64,000 nt of DNA from positions 15,143 through 79,142 of the forward strand of contig JAFMIU010000004.1 of NCBI GenBank assembly GCA_017853835.1. The letters are read 5' to 3'. The notes below the pieces were generated by a model. That model was not told the origin of the DNA and made no database searches. It worked only from the letters and a program-made list of their open reading frames with translations. The translations under genes and the position numbers were made by a program. Origin of the DNA: Pirellulales bacterium (lineage in GTDB: Bacteria > Planctomycetota > Planctomycetia > Pirellulales > UBA1268). Below, piece by piece: positions 1-8,300 of the stretch. Positions within the stretch are counted from its first letter, which is position 1. Each line of letters begins with the position of its first letter.

Positions 1-222
1 GGTCAGCACCAAGGCCGGTCCGGCGCCCGCATGCCCCCGTTGGAGCCATGCGGCCCGTATCGCCTCGGACTCGGCGAGACGTGTGGCAAGGGACGCACCC
101 AGGATCGCCCGCTCGGCATGCCAGGCGGCGTCGACCTCCTTCGGCGGCGCGACGGGCCGCTGCTCGCGATGGTCGGCCGCGAACGATCGCAGGCCCTCGA
201 GCCATTCCTTCGCAGCATCCAC
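1..222 (-). CDS. hypothetical protein, N-terminal part only (gene runs off the left edge)
   Basis: This frame is absent from the ORF track because the window edge truncates it. GTG at 222 follows an in-frame TGA. It reads VDAAKEWLEGLRSFAADHREQRPVAPPKEVDAAWHAERAILG... Codon position 3 is almost entirely G/C, unlike the Arg-rich alternative frames. Confidence 0.4.
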   Translation of the reverse strand, partial: MDAAKEWLEGLRSFAADHREQRPVAPPKEVDAAWHAERAILGASLATRLAESEAIRAAWLQRGHAGAGPALVLT

Positions 223-491
223 GCGTCACCCTCGCGCAAAGAAGCAGGCGGGCGGCGCGCCATGCGCCGACCCGCCTGCCATTCTACGGATTCATCGAGG
301 GCGACCTGACGGTCGACTCCAGCCACAGGGCATTTAGAGCGCATCTCCGCTACGTGTAGCGACGAGTTAATAATCCTGAGCGGGTAGGCGAGGGGGTCGG
401 CGAACGCTCGAGGAGCCTTGGGCGTATCCTCGCCCCGGCGACGAGACTTTTGCCGCCCCCGAGCCGGCGATACACGTATCTCAGACGCGCT

Positions 492-677
492 CTAGCGACC
501 GAATCGCTCGCGGAGCCATTCGTTCTTGCGACGTTCGAGCTCGATCAGGCGGGCGATCGGTCCGCGACGGGCGCCGACGCTCGACCGTCCGCTCTGGGCG
601 TTGACCGCCGACATGCCGGCGGCGAGGGTGGCGACGATCGCGATCAGCACAAGGGTCCGAGTGATGGTGGTCTTCAT
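492..677 (-). CDS. small secreted hypothetical protein (61 aa)
   Basis: Internal ATG of ORF 492..758. MKTTITRTLVLIAIVATLAAGMSAVNA looks like a signal peptide and is followed by a charged helical tail. No family recognised. Confidence 0.4.
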   Translation of the reverse strand: MKTTITRTLVLIAIVATLAAGMSAVNAQSGRSSVGARRGPIARLIELERRKNEWLRERFGR

Positions 678-905
678 GGGAGTCCTGGGGGCTTGGGGGG
701 CTTGGCGGCTCAGTGCCGACGATTGCAGAAATCGGCGAGCAGCGAGCAGGTTGTGCAACGATCACCCCGAAGGCCGTGCGGTGGCACAATTCGTCATCCC
801 ACGCACAGTCGGTCGTGCTGTCACCACAGCTACGACCGGACGGCGGGGCGGCTGTTCCACCACGAAAACCCAGGGGTATCGCTTGACAATCCGCCGCGGC
901 GCGGA

Positions 906-3470
906 TCAGTCACCGGTTCGGCCCCGGGGCTTCCCCGGCTGGGCCGTGCATGGGTCATCGGGCCACGCGTGCTTGGGATACCGCCGCCGCAGTTCCTTTT
1001 TCACCGTCGGATAGGTGTTGGCCCAGAAGCTTGCCAGATCGCTTGTTACCTGCTGGGGGCGGTGGTTGGGGCCGAGGAGATGCAGCACCACCGACACGCG
1101 GCCTCCGGCGATCCGCGGGGTTTCGGTGACGCCAAAGAGCTCCTGGATGCGGACCGCCAGAACCGGGGGCGATGGAGGCTCATAGAGAAGTTTCATCCGC
1201 TTGCCCTGCGGAAGGTCGAAGTGCGTCGGGGCAAGCCGATCGATCTCGGCGAGGCGTTCGTAGCCCACCATGGCGTGAAGCCGCGCGAGCCAGTCGGCAC
1301 TCCTCACGTCGTCGAGCGACCGCTGACCGTGACAGATCTCCGGCAGAAGGCCTCGAAGGGCGTCGTCGTCGAGGGAGGGAAGCCCGAGGTCGGGCACGGC
1401 GGTCGCCAGCCATCGCACCCGCGACAGGAATGCCCCGGCTGGGGAGTCGTCGGTCGGCCTGACGCGGTCGAACGCCGCGGTGGCCTCGCGGGCCAGCAAC
1501 GCCGCGGCCGCGTGCTCGTCGCGGATCGATGTGGGAGTCTCGTCGATCGTGAGGTCCATCCACATCGTGCGCATGCGGGCCTCCACCTGTCGTCGCGACG
1601 GCGAGAAGATCAGCGCCTCGTTCGTGGTGAGATTGGCGGAAGCCAACGGCTCGAGTTCGAGCCATGACCGCTCGACGGCCGAACCCAGCCGCACCCCGGC
1701 CTCGCCAGACGCGTCGTCGAGATCGATCGCCAGAAAGAGCGGCTCGCCCCGGAGGCGGGAGCCATCGAGCCGCACGCCACGGCCGCCGACGAGGGCGCCA
1801 CGGTCTTGCGTGCCAGGGCGCAGCTTCGCCAGACGGTCAGGAAAGGCTTCGAGGAGGGAGAGCATCAACGCCGCGGCTGGGTCGGTGGCGCGCGGGGCCA
1901 TGGGCGTGTCGACGAGCCGAGCAAGCTGCTCGGCTACGCGGAGCACGTTGTGGGCGCCACCTGGATGGGGGTCGAGCCCTGGGTCGCCGATCGGAATCCC
2001 GGCACGAAACGCCTGCACGGCGGCCACGCGATCGACCACGTCGGAACGGGTGCGCACCGTCTGGCGGTCTCTCGGGCCTCCGCCTCTGGGTGTGCGAAAC
2101 GGATCGCGCTCCGAGAGCAACGCGGCGGCGATCGCTGCCTCACGGAGCACCCCGTGCCGGGCACCGGCGAGCAGCAGCCGCGCGAGCCGTGGGTGGGCCG
2201 GCAGTCGGAGCAGGTCGTGCCCGAGGGGTGTCATGCGGATTCGACCCGCGGTCGGCGTCTCGACGGCCCCGAGGTGCACCAGCAGCTCGCGGGCCTTGGC
2301 GAGCGCCTCGGGGGGCGGGGGATCGAGCCAGGCGAATCCCTCGGTCTCGCCAAGCGCCACGAGCTGCAACACCGCCCCGGCGAGATCCCCCCGCACCGCC
2401 TCCGGAAGGTCGGCGGCGGCGCGATGCTGGTGTGACGACTCGTCCCACAACCGCCAGCAGATGCCCGGGGCGGTGCGGCCTGCCCGGCCCGCCCGCTGGT
2501 CGGCGGAGGCCTTCGAGATGGGGATGAGTTCGAGCCTCGGCAGGCCGGTGGCATGCGACACGCGGCTCTGTCGGGCGAGCCCCGAGTCGACCACCGCCGT
2601 GACGCCGGGAATCGTGAGCGATGTTTCGGCGACGTTCGTTGCGAGAATCACCTTGCGACGACCGATGTCGGCGAGCACACGGTCCTGCTGTTCGGGCGGG
2701 AGATCGCCGTAGAGCGGCATCACGACGACGCCCTGACGGTCGAGCATCGCGGCGAGTTCCTGCTGGCAGCGGAGAATCTCGCCGACTCCCGGAAGGAACA
2801 CGAGCACGTGCCCGTCGGTGGCACGCACGGCGTCGGGCACGGCGTCGATCACGCGCTCGATGAGGTCACGCCGGTCGCCATGCCGCAGATACCGTGTTTC
2901 GACGGGAAAGACGCGTCCGTCCGCCGACACCACGGGGCAGTCGAACCCCTCGCGTCGGAGAAGGGCCGACACCGGGACGGCGTCGAGCGTGGCGCTCATC
3001 ACGACGATGCGGAGATCGGGACGGAGCGTCTCCCGCACCCCCACGAGCAGCCCGAGGATGAGGTCCATTTCGAGCGACCGTTCGTGAAACTCGTCGAGGA
3101 TCACGGCGGCGATGCCCTCGAGCGACACGTCGCTGACGAGCCGCCGGAGCATGATCCCGGTCGTTTCGACGATCAGCCGTGTGTCGCGTCCCACGCACGA
3201 CTCGAACCGGACCTGATAGCCGACCTCTCCCCCGAGCTCGCCACCCCGCAGATGGGCGATCTGCCGGGCCACCGCGCGGGCCGCCAGGCGTCGTGGCTGG
3301 AGGAGAATCACCCGGCTGCCGACGGGCACGTCATCGAGGATGGCGGCTGGCACGAGCATGGTCTTGCCCGAGCCCGGCGGGGCCGTCACGACGACGCCTC
3401 CCGATCGGGAGGCGGCCACGGCCTCGGCAAGCACATCGGCAACGGGGAGATCGGCTGGCAGAAACGTCAT
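906..3470 (-). CDS. hrpB: ATP-dependent RNA helicase HrpB (DEAH-box)
   Basis: 854 aa. Walker A APPGSGKT, DEFH box (ILDEFHERS), SAT motif, QRAGRAGR motif, and a C-terminal HrpB-type extension. Confidence 0.9.
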   Translation of the reverse strand: MTFLPADLPVADVLAEAVAASRSGGVVVTAPPGSGKTMLVPAAILDDVPVGSRVILLQPRRLAARAVARQIAHLRGGELGGEVGYQVRFESCVGRDTRLIVETTGIMLRRLVSDVSLEGIAAVILDEFHERSLEMDLILGLLVGVRETLRPDLRIVVMSATLDAVPVSALLRREGFDCPVVSADGRVFPVETRYLRHGDRRDLIERVIDAVPDAVRATDGHVLVFLPGVGEILRCQQELAAMLDRQGVVVMPLYGDLPPEQQDRVLADIGRRKVILATNVAETSLTIPGVTAVVDSGLARQSRVSHATGLPRLELIPISKASADQRAGRAGRTAPGICWRLWDESSHQHRAAADLPEAVRGDLAGAVLQLVALGETEGFAWLDPPPPEALAKARELLVHLGAVETPTAGRIRMTPLGHDLLRLPAHPRLARLLLAGARHGVLREAAIAAALLSERDPFRTPRGGGPRDRQTVRTRSDVVDRVAAVQAFRAGIPIGDPGLDPHPGGAHNVLRVAEQLARLVDTPMAPRATDPAAALMLSLLEAFPDRLAKLRPGTQDRGALVGGRGVRLDGSRLRGEPLFLAIDLDDASGEAGVRLGSAVERSWLELEPLASANLTTNEALIFSPSRRQVEARMRTMWMDLTIDETPTSIRDEHAAAALLAREATAAFDRVRPTDDSPAGAFLSRVRWLATAVPDLGLPSLDDDALRGLLPEICHGQRSLDDVRSADWLARLHAMVGYERLAEIDRLAPTHFDLPQGKRMKLLYEPPSPPVLAVRIQELFGVTETPRIAGGRVSVVLHLLGPNHRPQQVTSDLASFWANTYPTVKKELRRRYPKHAWPDDPCTAQPGKPRGRTGD

Positions 3471-3513
3471 GCCCGTAGCCTACCGGGAGGTGGCCATGGG
3501 CGTGCATGAGGGC

Positions 3514-4929
3514 TCACGTGTCGCCGCGAAGCTCGAAGGCATACCTGCCGGGGTTGGGCACGGGATACCGTCCCTCCTCGTCGGCAACCACCGGTGCGGG
3601 AGACTCGAGCGTGAGGTGTTCGACGCCGGCGGTGAGGTCTTCGGGGCAGTCGAGCATCTCCTGGAAGGTGATCGGCCGCCCCACATGCGCGGAAAACCGT
3701 CCCATCGCCGTCACGAGGCTCGCCTCGGCGCCGCGCACCGCCTCGTTGTAGGGCTCGTCGGCCACGATCGCCTCGATGAAGTGGTCCCACTCCCGCCGAT
3801 AGGGATTGGGCTCGGGCTGCTCGGCCGTCCAGAGGATGCTGTCCTTCGCCATTCGCTGCGAACGGTAGATCGTGGATTTGGCCGGCGAGTGGCCACTCGT
3901 CGAGATCGTGAAGGCACCCTTCGAGCCCTGGCCATAGACGCCGAAATGCTGCCGGCAGTTGTTCATGAGGCGGCTTTCGTAGATGAACTTCTGGCCTCCG
4001 GCAAACGTGTATTCGACGCTGTAGACGTCGAAGTTCTGGTCGGTGATATGTCCCTTGTAGTGTCGGCCTCCGGCGCCATCGGCGGTGATGGGCCACTCCC
4101 CCATCATCATGCAGACCTCGTCGATGTGGTGGATGCAGTAGTCGCTGAACACGCCGCCACTCGCCCAGAGGAAGTTGTGGAACCGCTTGATCTGCCACAT
4201 GAGCTCACTCATCTCCTCGGGCCCCGGGGCGAGGTCGAGGTTGTGCGGCGGCGTGTGGCTTCGGTATCCGCGAAAGGCGATCAACTCTCCCGCCTCCCCA
4301 TCATGCAGCCTGGCCACGAGCTCCCGACGACGGTCGCAGTGGCGGCACATCAGACCCACCGCCACTTTGAGCCGCTTGGCGTCGGCCTTCGCGGCGAGTT
4401 CGATGATGCGCTTCGTGCTGGGGCCGTCGATGGAAACGGGCTTCTCCATGAAGACGTGCACGCCGCGATCAATGGCGTGCGCGAAGTGGGCGGCCCGAAA
4501 CGCCGGCGGGGTGGCGAAGATGGCGATGCCGCCGGGAGGCAGGGCGTCGATCGCCTGGCGATAGGCGTCGAAACCGATAAACATGCGGTCGTCGGGCACG
4601 TCGGTGCGGTCCTGAAACTGCTCCTCAAGAACCCGCTTGACGGTGGCGATCCGTTCCGGGAACACGTCGGCCATCCCGGTTAGCTTCACGCGACCGCCGC
4701 GGGCATCGAAGGCGTCGAGGATGGCGCTGCCTCCCCGGCCGCCGCAGCCGATCAGCGCGGCGTGGATTTCATCGCTCCCGCCTGGATGCACGGCCGGGGC
4801 CGAGGGCGTGGTGGCCTCGGCAGGCGGGTCGACGTCGGCCGCGAATGCTGCGGCCGACGCGGCGATGCCGCCCGCCGCGAGGAAACTGCGACGTGTCGAT
4901 GCCGAATCACGTGGCCAATCCGGGCACAT
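3514..4929 (-). CDS. Gfo/Idh/MocA-family oxidoreductase with twin-arginine signal
   Basis: N-terminal STRRSFLAAGG...AAFA Tat motif, Rossmann GCGGRG, and the typical Gfo/Idh/MocA length and C-terminal domain. Confidence 0.85.
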   Translation of the reverse strand: MCPDWPRDSASTRRSFLAAGGIAASAAAFAADVDPPAEATTPSAPAVHPGGSDEIHAALIGCGGRGGSAILDAFDARGGRVKLTGMADVFPERIATVKRVLEEQFQDRTDVPDDRMFIGFDAYRQAIDALPPGGIAIFATPPAFRAAHFAHAIDRGVHVFMEKPVSIDGPSTKRIIELAAKADAKRLKVAVGLMCRHCDRRRELVARLHDGEAGELIAFRGYRSHTPPHNLDLAPGPEEMSELMWQIKRFHNFLWASGGVFSDYCIHHIDEVCMMMGEWPITADGAGGRHYKGHITDQNFDVYSVEYTFAGGQKFIYESRLMNNCRQHFGVYGQGSKGAFTISTSGHSPAKSTIYRSQRMAKDSILWTAEQPEPNPYRREWDHFIEAIVADEPYNEAVRGAEASLVTAMGRFSAHVGRPITFQEMLDCPEDLTAGVEHLTLESPAPVVADEEGRYPVPNPGRYAFELRGDT

Positions 4930-4945
4930 GGCTCATCCTCGGAGG

Positions 4946-5983
4946 TCAGCGGGTCGCGGTCAGGTCGTCGTCAAGTGAACGGTGCGGACGAAGGCCCTCG
5001 CGAGTGAGTTCGCCGTGGTAGGCCCGCACCGCCTCGTCGGCGGCGAGGGTGCCGTCGGCCACGGCGCGAAGATGCCTCACGAACGCGAGCTGGTGCTCGG
5101 CGGCGTTGATCTTTCGACCGAAGAGGGCCACGCGGGCCCCGTGGCGTTTCGATTCCTCGACGAGCGAGAAGGCGTCGAACGTGGTGCCGGCGGCCCCGCC
5201 AAGGATGCCGACGATGAGCGACGGATCGTAGGAAGCGAGTTGGGAGGTGACCGCCGGGCCGAGGTACGGAATCTTGAGAAAGATCGGCCGTCCGGCGCGG
5301 GGAACCCCCGCGAGCGCCCGCACCACGTGGTCGGCGAGAAAGCGGCCGACCCCGAGCGGGGCCGCCGCTCCTCCGTCGGCGAGGGCGTTGGGCAGGAACA
5401 CCTCGAGGAAATGACGGAAGCCTGCCGACTCGGCTTCGAGCCGAAACGATCGGTAGGCCTCGAGCATCGCCCGATCGAGGTGGGCGTCGCCGTTGAGGGT
5501 GATCGAGAAGAGCCCGAGATCGACCGTCGGCCGGCCGATCCGGGAGGGGAGCAGGTGTCCATGCTGCGCCTGCGCGACCGTGGTGGTGGAAAATGGCAAT
5601 GCCGGCTGGCGGGAGTAGGTGCCGGCCCCCGACGCGAGCCAGATGTCGGTGGTGTCGTTCATGCGAACGGCGGGCGTGACGCTCGACGAGGCAAACAGAC
5701 CCTCGTCGAGCGCGAGCTGCTCGCTCGTGCTGGCGCTCATCAGCATGATGTCGACGAGCCCCTGCGCGACGATCTCACGAATCTGATCGCGAAACTCCGG
5801 CAGGGTTCGAAACGGCCCGTCCGTGGCGGTGCCCCCCGCTCGCAGGCCCGGGGCTGCCAGGCCGAACGCCATGTCGGCGTCTTTCGCGTCGGCCAGGATG
5901 AATTCGCTGCACGTGGGGTCACTGAGGAGCCGTCGCAGCTTCTCGTCGAGCGTTTTCGCGGAAGCGGGAGTGGCTGGAGGCAT
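4946..5983 (-). CDS. conserved hypothetical protein, possibly a class-I-aldolase-like TIM-barrel (weak)
   Basis: Clean coding frame with GC-rich third positions. FILADAKDADMAFG and RPIFLKIPY resemble the substrate-binding and Lys strands of DhnA/LacD-type aldolases. The ATG at 5983 is preferred over the TTG at 6043. It lies 16 nt upstream of the oxidoreductase. Confidence 0.6.
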   Translation of the reverse strand: MPPATPASAKTLDEKLRRLLSDPTCSEFILADAKDADMAFGLAAPGLRAGGTATDGPFRTLPEFRDQIREIVAQGLVDIMLMSASTSEQLALDEGLFASSSVTPAVRMNDTTDIWLASGAGTYSRQPALPFSTTTVAQAQHGHLLPSRIGRPTVDLGLFSITLNGDAHLDRAMLEAYRSFRLEAESAGFRHFLEVFLPNALADGGAAAPLGVGRFLADHVVRALAGVPRAGRPIFLKIPYLGPAVTSQLASYDPSLIVGILGGAAGTTFDAFSLVEESKRHGARVALFGRKINAAEHQLAFVRHLRAVADGTLAADEAVRAYHGELTREGLRPHRSLDDDLTATR

Positions 5984-6030
5984 GTCGCGAAGTCTAGCCC
6001 ACACCGTTCCTCTCCCCGACGCCAGGGTGG

Positions 6031-6075
6031 CGAAAATGTACAAGGTTTATAAAAATGTGAAACTGCCGGAGGGGT
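6031..6075. promoter_or_regulatory. AT-rich divergent promoter region (aldolase-like operon / xylR-type regulator)
   Basis: cgaaaatgtacaaggtttataaaaatgtgaaactg is a conspicuous AT-rich island in the only intergenic space between the divergent genes. It contains TATAAA-like hexamers. Confidence 0.3.
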
Positions 6076-6138
6076 GCGGGGACCTGACCTGGCCGTGCTG
6101 TCGCCGCGAATCGTGTGCTTCGGATTCTGAGTATCGCC

Positions 6139-7353
6139 ATGCCGAACGTCCCGCTGATCGCCGTGATCCTCGATGCCGCGCGTCCCTACGACCGCCTCAT
6201 CATCGGGGGTATCGCCCGGTACGTCCGCGAACGGGCCTTGTGGTCACTCTACGTGGAGGAGGATCCCCTCCAGAAGCTGCCCGATCTGAAGCGATGGCAC
6301 GGGGATGGAATCATCGCCAACTTCGACGACAAGCGGGTCGCCAAGGCAATCGCAGGCCTCGCGATCCCGATCGTCGGCGTGGGAGGCGGTTACGGCTGGT
6401 TCGATCCGTCGTCGACCATGCCCTACGTCTTCACCGACAACGACGCGATCGGGCGGCTTGGTGCGGCGCACCTGCTCGCCTGCGGCTTCGAGCGGCTCGC
6501 CTACTACGGCTACCCGACGACGGCCACGAGCGGCTGGTCGGTGGAACGGGCCGATGCCTTCGCGGCCGCCTGCCGTGAGGCCGGCAAGGATTGTCACGTT
6601 CACACCGGCCGGCATCCCGACGCACGGCGATGGCAGGATCTTCAGCGCGACCTCCGCGAATGGATCACCTCGCTGCCGAAGCCGATCGGGCTCATGGCGT
6701 GCAACGACGTGAGGGCCCGTCATGTGCTCGAGGCATGCCGAAGCCTCGGCCTCCGGGTGCCGCACGATGTGGCCGTGCTGGGTGTCGACAACGACGACAT
6801 GATCTGCGAACTCACCTCGCCATCGCTGTCGAGCATCGATCAGGCGGCCCGCCGTATCGGGTATGAGGCGGCCAGTCTCCTCGATCGGATGATCTGCGAG
6901 GGCGTCGCCACGGCCGCCGGTGAGCGGGTGGTCGTGCCGCCGATCGGCGTGGTCTCGCGAACGAGCACCGACGCCATGGCCACCTCCGACGAGGCGGTGG
7001 TGACGGCGATTCAGAAGCTTCGGGACGAGCCCCTCATCAAGCCCGACATTGCGGGAATCGCCCACGAGGTGTGCCTTTCCAGGCCCACGCTCGAAGCCCG
7101 GTTCAAGGCGGTCGTTGGCCGTTCGATCCACGACGAATCCGTTCGCCTCCGCGTGGCCGCGATCCGTCGGCTCATCACGCAGACGGCCCTCCCGCTCAAG
7201 ACCATCTCCTCGCGGGCCGGCTTCAGTTCCGTGCAGTACATGACGACCTTTCTTCATCGCCACACCGGCACGACGCCGGCCCGCCTGCGGCAGTCGGAAC
7301 GGCAGCTCGTCGACGTGACGGTGGCCGACGCGAACCAGCGAGGTGATTCGTGA
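6139..7353 (+). CDS. XylR-type transcriptional regulator (periplasmic-binding-protein-like sugar sensor domain + AraC-type HTH)
   Basis: The N-terminal LacI/PBP-like domain (PLIAVILDAARPYDRLIIGGIARY..., MACNDVRA, VLGVDND) and the C-terminal AraC HTH (GFSSVQYMTTFLHRHTGTTPARLR) match this family. ATG 6139 is preferred over GTG 6115. Confidence 0.85.
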   Translation: MPNVPLIAVILDAARPYDRLIIGGIARYVRERALWSLYVEEDPLQKLPDLKRWHGDGIIANFDDKRVAKAIAGLAIPIVGVGGGYGWFDPSSTMPYVFTDNDAIGRLGAAHLLACGFERLAYYGYPTTATSGWSVERADAFAAACREAGKDCHVHTGRHPDARRWQDLQRDLREWITSLPKPIGLMACNDVRARHVLEACRSLGLRVPHDVAVLGVDNDDMICELTSPSLSSIDQAARRIGYEAASLLDRMICEGVATAAGERVVVPPIGVVSRTSTDAMATSDEAVVTAIQKLRDEPLIKPDIAGIAHEVCLSRPTLEARFKAVVGRSIHDESVRLRVAAIRRLITQTALPLKTISSRAGFSSVQYMTTFLHRHTGTTPARLRQSERQLVDVTVADANQRGDS

Positions 7354-8300
7354 CATCCTCCCCCGACTGCGTGGTCTGCGGAACGTGCGTCGCCGACATG
7401 CTCGTTCGTCCTGTGCCGCTCGAGCAGCCGATCGGCGGAGGGCGGCTCGTGCATGTCGACCCCATCGCACTTACCACCGGTGGCATCGTGTGCAACACGG
7501 GAATCGCCCTGCGGCGTCTCGGCGTCACGGTCGCCGCCGCCGGAATGGTGGGGGACGATGTGTGGGGGCGGGAGATCCGGTCGCGGCTCGATCGTGAGGA
7601 TATCCGGACCGGCATGATGGAGATGCGTGACGGGGTCGCCACCAGCTCCACCGCGGTGCTCATCGATCCGGCGGGTGAGCGCAGCTTCTTGCATCATGTC
7701 GGCGCCGCCGGCGACCTCGATCTCGCGTTCGTGCAGCGGCACATCGCGACCTTGGCTGCGTGCCGCTACTGCATCGTGGGCTACCTCGGGCTTCTTCCCA
7801 GGCTCGAACCTCGGCTGGCCGAGGCGGTTGCCTTGATTCGGTCTGCCGGCTGTCGCGTGGTGGTTGAGACAGCCGGCGGTGCCGGCGCGATGGCGGATCT
7901 CGTGCCGGCGCTGCCCTCCATCGACGTGTTCGTGCCAAGTCTTGACGAGGCGCGAGTCCACACCCAGACGGATGATCCGCATGACATGATCGCCTGCTAC
8001 CGCCGTCATGGCGCCGCTGGGATCGTGGGCGTGAAACGGGGGGCCGAAGGCACGCTGCTGAGCCCGTCGCCAGGACTCATGGTCGAGATCCCCTGCATCG
8101 CCGCACCGGAACCGGTGATCGACACGACCGGGGCGGGCGACTCGTTCCTTGCCGGATTCGTGGCCGGGCTGATCCGGGGCATGACGCCAGCCGAATCGGG
8201 CCGTCTCGGAGCCGCCGCGGCCGCATGGTGCGTGACCCGTGCCGGCGCGACCGCGGGCCTCCGGAGCTTCGACGACACGCTCAGCCTGGCCCGAGGTTGA
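7350..8300 (+). CDS. PfkB-family carbohydrate kinase
   Basis: DTTGAGDSFLAGFVAGL signature and ribokinase-like length. The GTG start overlaps the regulator's stop codon (GTGA). Confidence 0.85.
   Translation: MTSSPDCVVCGTCVADMLVRPVPLEQPIGGGRLVHVDPIALTTGGIVCNTGIALRRLGVTVAAAGMVGDDVWGREIRSRLDREDIRTGMMEMRDGVATSSTAVLIDPAGERSFLHHVGAAGDLDLAFVQRHIATLAACRYCIVGYLGLLPRLEPRLAEAVALIRSAGCRVVVETAGGAGAMADLVPALPSIDVFVPSLDEARVHTQTDDPHDMIACYRRHGAAGIVGVKRGAEGTLLSPSPGLMVEIPCIAAPEPVIDTTGAGDSFLAGFVAGLIRGMTPAESGRLGAAAAAWCVTRAGATAGLRSFDDTLSLARG

Noticed and set aside
450-3509. Several 160-410-aa ORFs overlapping hrpB in other frames and on the other strand (450..1667, 1480..2712, 1664..2527, 2553..3509).
   Set aside because: They are Arg/Pro/Gly/Ser-rich low-complexity translations, typical of off-frame reading of GC-rich coding DNA. 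hrpB explains the whole interval with full-length motif-bearing homology.
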